From Candidatus Omnitrophota bacterium (lineage in GTDB: Bacteria; Omnitrophota; Gorgyraeia; 2-02-FULL-51-18): DNA of 64,000 bases. Positions within the stretch are counted from its first letter, which is position 1. Every line of letters begins with the position of its first letter. Positions 56,845 through 64,000 of the stretch are shown piece by piece. The translations under genes were made by a program, and so were the position numbers. The stretch covers positions 14,464-78,463 of the forward strand of contig CAMDWQ010000002.1 in assembly GCA_945877765.1 (NCBI GenBank), written 5' to 3'. Under the pieces are notes generated by a model that saw only the letters and a program-made list of their open reading frames with translations, ran no database searches and was not told where the DNA came from.

Positions 56845-58221
56845 ATGGCAAAAAAATTATGGGGCGGGCGCTTTCGCAAGAAAATAGACCCGGATTTTGA
56901 CAAATTTAGCGCCTCGTTCCGCTGGGATCATCGGCTTAGCGGCTATGATCTGGCAATCGACGCGGCGCATGCCAAAGCTTTGAAAAAATGTGGTGTTTTG
57001 ACTTCATCAGAAGCCAAAAAAATACTTGCCGCGGTAGCGAGTTTGCAAAAAAAGGCCGCAGCGGGAACCTTAAAACTTGATAAGTCCTCCGAAGACGTGC
57101 ATTCGGCGATCCAGGCCGAATTGAAGAAAATTGCGGGTCCGGCCGCGGATAAAATTCATACGGGCCGCTCGCGCAATGACTTAGTGAGTCAGAGCAGCCG
57201 GCTTTATGTCAAAGACCATTTGGTGCGCATCGCGCGCCTTTTGACCGTTTTACAGAAAGAGATCGTCGCGAAGGCCGCGCAGTCCGAGAAGGTTCTTTTG
57301 CCCGGCATGACGCATCTTCAGCCAGCGCAGGTTCTCTCACAGGCGCATATTTTTCTATCGTACGTTGAGATGTTGGAGCGCGACCGCCTGCTTGCCGGGG
57401 GAGCCCTGAAGCTCGCCGACCTATGCGTGCTAGGTAGCGGTGCATTGGCCGGCACAACGTATGCGCTCGACCAGAAGCTGATCGCCCGCGAATTGGGCCT
57501 TTCGGCAATCACGCGCAACAGCTACGATGTTGCGGGCGACCGGGACTTCGTCGCGGCAGCACTGTATGTCACATGGTCTATTGGGACGCATCTTTCGCGT
57601 ATTGCCGAAGATCTCATGATTGGCCAGACGCGCGGTTTTATGACTGTCGATATGGACCAGGCTTTTTGCACGGGCAGTTCCATGATGCCGCAGAAAAAAA
57701 ACGCTGATTTCACCGAATTGGTACGCGGTGCCGCGGGAGTATTTGCGGGTAATTTTACGGGCATGGCAGTGACGCTTAAAGGATTGCCAACGTCGTACAA
57801 CCGCGATCTCCAGTGGGATAAAAAATATCTTTTTGAATCCGTGGAAACAGCCGAAGAAATTTTGACTATTTTTATACGCCTGATGAAAACGCTTCGAATC
57901 AACGCCCCTGCGGCAGAAAAGTTTTTAAAGGACGAGAGTTTGTATGCCACCGATCTTGCGGATTATCTGGTCGGGCGGGGCGTGCCGTTTGGGACCGCGC
58001 ATGAACAGGTAGGGAAGATTGTCAGTTTTTCAGAAGAAAAAGGGATCGCTATTTCCAAAATTGGGCTAGATCTTTTAAAACAGTTCGCGCCAAAGCTTGA
58101 GGCGGATGTTTACGATTTATTTACCCCCGAGCATTCGGTGCGAATGAAAAAAACCAGCGGCAGCACTCATCCGGCGGAGATCGCAAAACAAATTAATTTT
58201 TGGAAACATAAGTTAAAATAA
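56845..58221 (+). CDS. argH: Argininosuccinate lyase
   Basis: 'GRSRNDLV' and 'GSSMMPQKKNAD' fumarate-lyase signature. Confidence 0.95.
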   Translation: MAKKLWGGRFRKKIDPDFDKFSASFRWDHRLSGYDLAIDAAHAKALKKCGVLTSSEAKKILAAVASLQKKAAAGTLKLDKSSEDVHSAIQAELKKIAGPAADKIHTGRSRNDLVSQSSRLYVKDHLVRIARLLTVLQKEIVAKAAQSEKVLLPGMTHLQPAQVLSQAHIFLSYVEMLERDRLLAGGALKLADLCVLGSGALAGTTYALDQKLIARELGLSAITRNSYDVAGDRDFVAAALYVTWSIGTHLSRIAEDLMIGQTRGFMTVDMDQAFCTGSSMMPQKKNADFTELVRGAAGVFAGNFTGMAVTLKGLPTSYNRDLQWDKKYLFESVETAEEILTIFIRLMKTLRINAPAAEKFLKDESLYATDLADYLVGRGVPFGTAHEQVGKIVSFSEEKGIAISKIGLDLLKQFAPKLEADVYDLFTPEHSVRMKKTSGSTHPAEIAKQINFWKHKLK

Positions 58222-58223
58222 CT

Positions 58224-58286
58224 GTCATTCCCAAATTTTTTATCGGGAATCAAACTTGATCCCCGATTAAAGATTTCGGGGATGAC
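58224..58286 (-). repeat. Palindromic repeat unit, copy E, inverted orientation (upstream of lysA)
   Basis: 'gtcattccc-aaattttttatcgggaatcaaac ttgatccccgattaaagatttcggggatgac' is the reverse complement of the consensus. Confidence 0.78.
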
Positions 58287-58299
58287 ACTCGAGGAGTTT

Positions 58300-59565
58300 A
58301 TGCATCGATTTCATTATAAAGGCAAAGAGCTTTACGCGGAAAATGTAGCGGTCCGCAAAGTGGCTCAGGCTGTGGGGACACCTTTTTACCTCTACAGCAT
58401 CGGCACTTTTCTTGACCATTATTTCAAGCTTCAGGAAGCGTTTAAGCCGCTCAATCCCCTGATCTGTTTTTCTACCAAGGCCAACTCCAATTTGACGGTT
58501 CTCAAAGCACTCGTCAACCAGGGATCCGGTCTTGATATTGTCTCGGGCGGTGAGCTGGCACGAGCCAAAAAAGTCGGTGTGGATCCCCAGAAAATCGTGT
58601 ACGCCTCTGTCGGAAAGTCTCAAGCAGAGATTGAGGAAGCGATACGTTCCAAAATTTTAATGTTCAATGTGGAGTCTGTGCAGGAGTTGGAAGTAATCAA
58701 CGCCGCAGCTGCTAAGCTAAAAACAAGCCAGAAGATTGCCATCCGCATCAATCCGGACGTTCAGCCGCACACGCATCATTACATCACCACCGGATCCAAG
58801 GAGAATAAATTTGGGTTGGACATGGAGACCGCCTATAAGCTTTTTGTGGAGGCTTATCGCTACCCCAATTTGCAATTTGCCGGGATTCATATCCATATTG
58901 GTTCGCAAATCACCGAGTCCCGGCCATTTGTGCAAGCCATCAAAAAATGTCTTCAATTTATCGATAGCGTCAGCTACAACGGCAGTGCGGTTGAATACTT
59001 AAATATCGGCGGAGGGCTTGGCATCGTGTATTCCAAGGAAAAACCGCAGACAGCCCAGCAGTTTGCCAATGTCGTGGTGCCCCTTTTTAAAAAAAACCAG
59101 GGCCTTAAGATTGTTCTTGAGCCCGGAAGATTTATTTCGGGAAACAGCGGCATCTTGGTGACGAAGGTGATGTATGAGAAGATCGCCAAGACAAAATCTT
59201 TTTTGATTGTGGACGCGGCGATGAATGATTTGATTCGGCCGGCATTTTACGGCGCGTATCATGAAATTGTGCCGGTCACCAAGAAATCGGGAAAAAAGAA
59301 GTTTGCTCAAGCCGATATTGTGGGTCCCATTTGCGAAAGCGGCGATTTTTTGGCAAAAAATAGGAAGATGGATTCTGCCGCTGTGGGGGATCTGCTGGCC
59401 GTAATGTCATGCGGGGCTTATGGGTTTGTGATGTCGAGCAATTACAATACACGGCCGCGCGTGCCGGAGGTGGTGGTGAAGGGCGCAAAATTTTATACCG
59501 CGCGCCGACGCGAAACACTTGATGATCTTTTTCGTGTCGAAAAAATAGTCCAAGAGGTGGTTTGA
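58300..59565 (+). CDS. lysA: Diaminopimelate decarboxylase
   Basis: Orn/DAP/Arg decarboxylase family: PLP-Lys 'FSTKAN', 'GGGLGI', 'EPGRFISG', 'CESGD'. Start chosen at ATG 58300 after 'GAGGAG'. The ATG at 58282 lies inside the repeat. Confidence 0.9.
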   Translation: MHRFHYKGKELYAENVAVRKVAQAVGTPFYLYSIGTFLDHYFKLQEAFKPLNPLICFSTKANSNLTVLKALVNQGSGLDIVSGGELARAKKVGVDPQKIVYASVGKSQAEIEEAIRSKILMFNVESVQELEVINAAAAKLKTSQKIAIRINPDVQPHTHHYITTGSKENKFGLDMETAYKLFVEAYRYPNLQFAGIHIHIGSQITESRPFVQAIKKCLQFIDSVSYNGSAVEYLNIGGGLGIVYSKEKPQTAQQFANVVVPLFKKNQGLKIVLEPGRFISGNSGILVTKVMYEKIAKTKSFLIVDAAMNDLIRPAFYGAYHEIVPVTKKSGKKKFAQADIVGPICESGDFLAKNRKMDSAAVGDLLAVMSCGAYGFVMSSNYNTRPRVPEVVVKGAKFYTARRRETLDDLFRVEKIVQEVV

Positions 59566-59568
59566 TCC

Positions 59569-60378
59569 ATGGCCAAAGAAATCTCATTCACAAAAATGGT
59601 GGGAGCTGGAAACGACTTTATCGTGATAGACAATCGCACGGGTGTTGTTGCCGCGAGATCTCGTGCCGCTAAAAAATGGTGTGACCGTAAAAATTCTATC
59701 GGCGCGGATGGTGTCCTTTTTTTAGAAAAATCTCGACAGGCCAATTTTCAGATGCGGATAGTCAATTCAGACGGCAGCGAAGCGGAAATGTGCGGAAACG
59801 GAATTCGTTGTATTGCCAAATTTGCGCAAGACCAGAAGTTGGTCGGTAAAAAATTTAAAATCCAGACGATTGCCGGTATCATTGATGTCGAAATCAAAGG
59901 GGCTATTGTGAAGGCGCGGATGGTGGATCCCAAAGACATGAAACTTAACCTCAACATTCTTTTAAATGATCAATCCGCGGCGATGAGCTTTGTGAATACC
60001 GGGGTGCCTCATGCCGTTTGTGTGGTGAAGTCTCTCAAAGCGGTTGATGTTGATGGGTTGGGACGCGCAATCCGCACGCATGATTATTTTAAGCCTCGCG
60101 GGACCAACGCCAATTTTATTCAATTTAATCTCGACCGTTCGATTGACATCCGCACGTACGAACGCGGTGTTGAGGGCGAGACGCTTTCCTGTGGCACAGG
60201 CTCTACGGCCGGCGCTTTGATTGCCGCGGCCACCAAAGATCTTCCATCGCCGGTGTTGGTTCGGACAAAAAGCGGGGAAACTTTAAAGATTTATTTTTCA
60301 AAAGAGGGGCAGAACTTCCACGATGTGTATCTGGAAGGCCCTGTTCAAAAAAGTTTCGAGGGGAGGGCGACACAATGA
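59569..60378 (+). CDS. dapF: Diaminopimelate epimerase
   Basis: '[15 protein letters not shown]', and catalytic Cys motifs 'MCGNGIRC' and 'CGTGSTA'. Confidence 0.9.
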   Translation: MAKEISFTKMVGAGNDFIVIDNRTGVVAARSRAAKKWCDRKNSIGADGVLFLEKSRQANFQMRIVNSDGSEAEMCGNGIRCIAKFAQDQKLVGKKFKIQTIAGIIDVEIKGAIVKARMVDPKDMKLNLNILLNDQSAAMSFVNTGVPHAVCVVKSLKAVDVDGLGRAIRTHDYFKPRGTNANFIQFNLDRSIDIRTYERGVEGETLSCGTGSTAGALIAAATKDLPSPVLVRTKSGETLKIYFSKEGQNFHDVYLEGPVQKSFEGRATQ

Positions 60379-61253
60379 AGTTTCATGGAGCGATGACCGC
60401 ACTTGCCACACCGTTTAAAAATGGAAAAGTGGATGAAAAAACACTGGCTGCTTTAGTGCGCCGGCAAATCAAAGCGGGGATTGACGGACTCATTCCTGTG
60501 GGGACGACGGGCGAATCTCCCACGCTTTCGCATCTTGAGCATGAGCGCGTAATTGAGATTACGGTCGAGGCCGCTGAAAAAAAAGTCCCGGTGATTGCCG
60601 GAACAGGCTCTAACAGCACGGCAGAGGCGATTTCTTTAACCAAATTTGCAAAAAAAGCCGGCGCTTCCGCGGCACTCATTGTGACGCCTTATTACAACAA
60701 GCCGACACAGGAAGGGATTTACCGTCATTACGAGGCGATTGCCAAGGCGGTGGACATTCCAATCATTCTTTATAATATTCCAGGGCGTTCGGTGGTGAAT
60801 GTCGCTCCCGAAACGGTGGCGCGGCTCTCCAAGATTCCGACGATCGTCGCGGTTAAAGAATCCACAGGAAATATGGATCAGGCCTCGCATATTTTATCGC
60901 TTTGCGATATCACAGTTCTTTCGGGCGACGATTCGCTGACCCTGCCGCTTTTGGCTCTAGGCGCTAAGGGTGTTATTTCGGTAGCGGCCAATATTGTGCC
61001 GGAAGCGGTTTCAGAATTGGTCGATTCATTTTTTGTCGGCAATCTTTCAAAGGCGCAGGCGCTCCATCACAAACTTTTTTCGTTGTGCCGGGCTTTGTTT
61101 GTCGAAACCAACCCGATTCCAGTAAAGCGCGCGATGAAGTTGTTGGGGCTTTGCGAAGGGGACGTTCGTTTACCTCTGTGTGCCATGCAGCCGCAAAATG
61201 AAAAAATATTGATTCAGGCACTTAAGGATTTTGGTTTAAGGATAAAGGGTTAA
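60375..61253 (+). CDS. dapA: 4-hydroxy-tetrahydrodipicolinate synthase
   Basis: 'ALATPF...[15 protein letters not shown]', Schiff-base Lys region 'VAVKESTGN'. ATGA overlap with dapF. Confidence 0.93.
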   Translation: MKFHGAMTALATPFKNGKVDEKTLAALVRRQIKAGIDGLIPVGTTGESPTLSHLEHERVIEITVEAAEKKVPVIAGTGSNSTAEAISLTKFAKKAGASAALIVTPYYNKPTQEGIYRHYEAIAKAVDIPIILYNIPGRSVVNVAPETVARLSKIPTIVAVKESTGNMDQASHILSLCDITVLSGDDSLTLPLLALGAKGVISVAANIVPEAVSELVDSFFVGNLSKAQALHHKLFSLCRALFVETNPIPVKRAMKLLGLCEGDVRLPLCAMQPQNEKILIQALKDFGLRIKG

Positions 61254-61256
61254 TCA

Positions 61257-62051
61257 ATGATTAAAATTGCCGTCAACGGAGCTGTGGGAAGAATGGGAAG
61301 CCGCATTTTAGCGCTGGCTTCCGAAGCCCCCAAAGATTTTGAGATTGCCGGCGCTTTTGAGCATGAAAAAAGTGGTCAACGCGGACAGCGGCTTTCACTG
61401 GGCAAGCAGAGTCTCTTGGTTGAGGGAATAAACAAATCCTCTTTGAAGGGAAAGGGAGTCTTGATTGATTTTTCAGGGCCCACAGGGACGTCGGCTGCGC
61501 TTGTTCATGCAGCAAAGGCAGGCTGGGGGGTTGTGGTGGGTACGACAGGGCTTGAGCCAGCGATCCAAAAAAGCATACAAAAATTTTCACGAACAATCCC
61601 CATTGTTTATTCAGCCAACATGAGCGTTGGGGTAAACCTTATCGCAAAGCTCGTGGCGCTGGCGGCTGAAAAACTAGGCAAAGATTTTGATATCGAAATC
61701 ACAGAGGCGCACCACCGTCATAAAAAAGATGCCCCCAGTGGTACGGCGCTTCTTTTGGCCGAGGCGATTACGCGGGCAAAGGGCTGGCAGCTTGAAAAAG
61801 TGTTAAAGATGCGCAAACCCGGAAAATCTGAAACCGAGCGCTCTAACGAAGAAATCGGCATGCAGGTAATCCGAGCCGGAGAAATTGTCGGCGACCATAC
61901 CGTGCTTTTTGCAGGCCTAGCCGAAACCATCGAGATCACGCATCGCGCCCAGTCGCGCGACACGTTTGCCCGCGGCGCACTCACAGCGGCAACTTTTTTA
62001 TCCAAAAAGAAATCCGGCCTTTTCACGATGGCGGATGTCCTAGGAATTTAA
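61257..62051 (+). CDS. dapB: 4-hydroxy-tetrahydrodipicolinate reductase
   Basis: 'IKIAVNGAVGRMGSRI' NAD(P)-binding and 'EAHHRHKKDAPSGTA' DapB signature. Confidence 0.9.
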   Translation: MIKIAVNGAVGRMGSRILALASEAPKDFEIAGAFEHEKSGQRGQRLSLGKQSLLVEGINKSSLKGKGVLIDFSGPTGTSAALVHAAKAGWGVVVGTTGLEPAIQKSIQKFSRTIPIVYSANMSVGVNLIAKLVALAAEKLGKDFDIEITEAHHRHKKDAPSGTALLLAEAITRAKGWQLEKVLKMRKPGKSETERSNEEIGMQVIRAGEIVGDHTVLFAGLAETIEITHRAQSRDTFARGALTAATFLSKKKSGLFTMADVLGI

Positions 62052-62056
62052 ATCTA

Positions 62057-63274
62057 ATGACACATCCTTTTTTTCTTGAAGAATCTAATCGCCTGAAAGC
62101 ACTGCCTCCGTATCTTTTTCTCGAGATTGACCGCGCCAAACGGCGGGCGATTGAAAAAGGGGTCAAAGTGATTGATTTCGGCATTGGCGATCCTGATCAG
62201 CCAACACCCAAATATATTCTGGATGTCATGCAGCGCGTGGTCAAAGACCCCAAAAATCATCATTATCCTCTGGACCGCGGAAGCCACGCCTTTCGGTTGG
62301 CGGCATCCGTATGGTTAAAAAAACGATTTGGAAGCTATTTTGACCCGGACACTGAAATTTTGCCGCTCATTGGCTCGAAGGAAGGGATTGCTCATCTGCC
62401 ATTAGCCTTCATCAATCCCGGTGATGTCGTGCTGGTTCCTGATCCTTGTTATCCGCCGTACAAAAGCGGCACATTGTTTGCCGGCGGGCACGCGCATCTT
62501 ATGCCGCTGAAGGAAGAAAACGCATTTCTGCCAGATTTTGAAGCGGTCCCCGCAGAAGTTTTAAAAAAATCAAAAATAATTTTTGTAAACTACCCCAATA
62601 ATCCCACGGGTGCTGTAGCGACGCGCCCCTTTTACGAGAAGCTGGTCAAGTGGGCACACACACACAAAATCCTCATTGCCTCGGATCTGGCTTATTCGGA
62701 GGTATTTTTTACAAAAGAAAAACCGCTGAGCATTTTTGAAGTTCCGGGGGCCAGAGAGGTAGCGATTGAATTTCACTCTCTCTCAAAGACTTGTAATATG
62801 ACTGGCTGGCGGATTGGTTTTGCCGTTGGAAGAGCCGAAGCGATTTCTTCGCTCTTGCGGGTGAAATCCAACCTTGATTCGGGTGTTTTTACCGCGATAC
62901 AAATGACCGCGATTGAGGCGCTCAAAAATAGTTTTGGGTTTTCCAAGAAAACCAACATCATGTATCGCCGCCGCCGCGATCTTTTGGTGGCTGGCTTAAA
63001 AGAGCTGGGTTTCCCCATAAAACCCAATCAGGCCTCCTTTTATTTGTTTACTCGCCTTCCGGCGGGGTCAACGGATTCTACTACCTATTGTAAAAATCTT
63101 TTGGAGAAAACGGGCATTGTCGCAACGCCTGGAGTGGGCTTTGGAGCGCCGGGCGAGGGCTATATTCGTTTTACGTTGACGGTGCCAGAAGCTGAAATTC
63201 GCGAAGCCATCATACGGATGAAAAAATATTACGCAGTGTCATCCCCGAAATCTTTAATCGGGGATCATGTCTAG
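62057..63274 (+). CDS. dapL: LL-diaminopimelate aminotransferase-like class I aminotransferase (DapL-type); last 12 codons + stop lie inside repeat copy F
   Basis: 'SKEGIAHLPLAFINPGD', 'FVNYPNNPTG', PLP-Lys 'SLSKTCNMTGWRIG'. Contiguous with dapB/dapA/dapF/lysA. C-terminal 'VSSPKSLIGDHV*' is encoded by 'gtgtcatccccgaaatctttaatcggggatcatgtctag'. Confidence 0.78.
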   Translation: MTHPFFLEESNRLKALPPYLFLEIDRAKRRAIEKGVKVIDFGIGDPDQPTPKYILDVMQRVVKDPKNHHYPLDRGSHAFRLAASVWLKKRFGSYFDPDTEILPLIGSKEGIAHLPLAFINPGDVVLVPDPCYPPYKSGTLFAGGHAHLMPLKEENAFLPDFEAVPAEVLKKSKIIFVNYPNNPTGAVATRPFYEKLVKWAHTHKILIASDLAYSEVFFTKEKPLSIFEVPGAREVAIEFHSLSKTCNMTGWRIGFAVGRAEAISSLLRVKSNLDSGVFTAIQMTAIEALKNSFGFSKKTNIMYRRRRDLLVAGLKELGFPIKPNQASFYLFTRLPAGSTDSTTYCKNLLEKTGIVATPGVGFGAPGEGYIRFTLTVPEAEIREAIIRMKKYYAVSSPKSLIGDHV

Positions 63275-63307
63275 GTTTGATTCCCGATAAGTACTTTCGG
63301 GAATGAC
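63238..63307 (+). repeat. Palindromic repeat unit, copy F (overlaps dapL 3' end, upstream of folK)
   Basis: 70-nt unit matching the consensus. Confidence 0.8.
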
Positions 63308-63345
63308 AAAGGGAGTCACAAAGGGAATGCAAATGGAAGGGTGCT

Positions 63346-63846
63346 ATGGCCATCGTTTATATAGGTGTGGGAAGCAATCTTGGGGACCGCCAGTCTAACA
63401 TTGACCGCGCTTTCGCGTTTCTTCGCGAAGACGAAGACATCGAAGTCCTGGCAATTTCAAACCTTGTGGAGACTGATTTTGAAGGGCAGGGTCCCGAACA
63501 AGGCAAATTTTTAAATGGGGCCTTTAAAATTATAACCGATCTCTTGCCTTTGGACCTTCTAAGCCGTCTCAAAGCGGTGGAAAGACGGCTCGGCCGTGTG
63601 AAGGCTCAGGGGGTAAATCTGCCGCGTACGCTGGATCTGGATATTCTTTTCTATGATGACGTGGTGATTGTGGACGGAAAGACTCTTCAGATTCCACATC
63701 CAAGGCTCGAGGAACGTCTCTTTGTCCTGGATCCATTGGCCCAAATAGCTCCGGATCTTGTTCATCCACGCAGCGGCAAGACGATACAAGATCTTCACCG
63801 GGACCTTTTACATCATGCAAGTTCTCTCAAGCCCCAAAACTCTTAA
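63346..63846 (+). CDS. folK: 2-amino-4-hydroxy-6-hydroxymethyldihydropteridine pyrophosphokinase (HPPK)
   Basis: '[13 protein letters not shown]...', '[12 protein letters not shown]', '[15 protein letters not shown]'. Confidence 0.9.
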   Translation: MAIVYIGVGSNLGDRQSNIDRAFAFLREDEDIEVLAISNLVETDFEGQGPEQGKFLNGAFKIITDLLPLDLLSRLKAVERRLGRVKAQGVNLPRTLDLDILFYDDVVIVDGKTLQIPHPRLEERLFVLDPLAQIAPDLVHPRSGKTIQDLHRDLLHHASSLKPQNS

Positions 63847-64000
63847 AAAACTCGTCGCTCTCCTTCGTAAAAAAAATAAGTCGATTGGGTTTGTTCCCAC
63901 GATGGGTTCTTTGCATGAGGGCCATCTGACGCTCGCGAAGAAATCTATCCAAGAGAATAATTTTACAATTGCCAGTATTTTTGTAAATCCGCTGCAGTTT
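63816..64000 (+). CDS. panC: Pantoate--beta-alanine ligase, 3'-truncated at window edge
   Basis: '...[21 protein letters not shown]' HIGH-type motif of PanC. Overlaps the folK 3' end in another frame. Runs off the window. Confidence 0.8.

Noticed and set aside
49861-63307. Possibility that the recurrent ~70-nt palindromes are a CRISPR array
   Set aside because: Units are separated by whole genes (1-3 kb) of irregular length, occur in both orientations, and each is an internal double hairpin rather than a short direct repeat. No cas genes are present.
49861-63307. Interpretation of the repeats as ArgR operator (ARG box) sites
   Set aside because: The sequence does not resemble the TnTGAAT-N4-ATTCAnA ARG-box palindrome. 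Copies also precede lysA and folK, and no argR gene is in the window. Kept only as a generic 'regulatory' possibility.

Overview
This is a dense, almost entirely plus-strand bacterial segment. Coding density is high, adjacent genes often overlap by 1-4 nt at stop/start, and several starts appear to be GTG/TTG. Gene content (T2SS/T4P-like machine, fused SecDF, DapL lysine route, MqnD, very large multidomain proteins) suggests an uncultivated lineage, but no taxon can be assigned from sequence alone. Gene order: (i) A type II secretion / type IV pilus-like cluster: 5'-truncated secretin, GspE/PilB ATPase, GspF/PilC platform, six prepilin-type genes. It is followed by three Sec-signal or bitopic proteins; one is a Gly-rich fibre-like protein with a phage tail-fibre 'intramolecular chaperone' (Peptidase S74-like) C-terminus. 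A PilZ gene lies divergently. (ii) Housekeeping genes: xth, mazG-like, yebC, ruvCAB, spoIID-like, queA. (iii) A glycan-export locus: Wzm/Wzt ABC transporter plus three glycosyltransferases, two of them large multidomain, one fused to a 2OG-Fe(II) oxygenase domain. (iv) tgt-yajC-secDF-recJ, rpmB on the minus strand, recG-rsmD. (v) An 1804-aa multidomain protein with a TraB/Tiki-like N-domain and a SAM-methyltransferase-like motif. (vi) sdhCAB, mqnD-like, acetyl-CoA-synthetase-like, polyamine aminopropyltransferase with membrane domain, rplM-rpsI. (vii) A colinear Arg/Lys/folate block: argC-argJ-argB-argD-argF-argG-argH-lysA-dapF-dapA-dapB-dapL-folK-panC(partial). Non-coding highlights: a ~70-nt bipartite palindromic repeat family with 7 copies in both orientations, each placed just upstream of the RBS of an arg/lys/fol gene and once supplying the last 12 codons of dapL. 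There are also two unrelated ~150-nt elements bounded by perfect 21-24-bp inverted repeats with nested hairpins, and a clean rho-independent terminator after rpsI. No rRNA, tRNA or CRISPR array was found.
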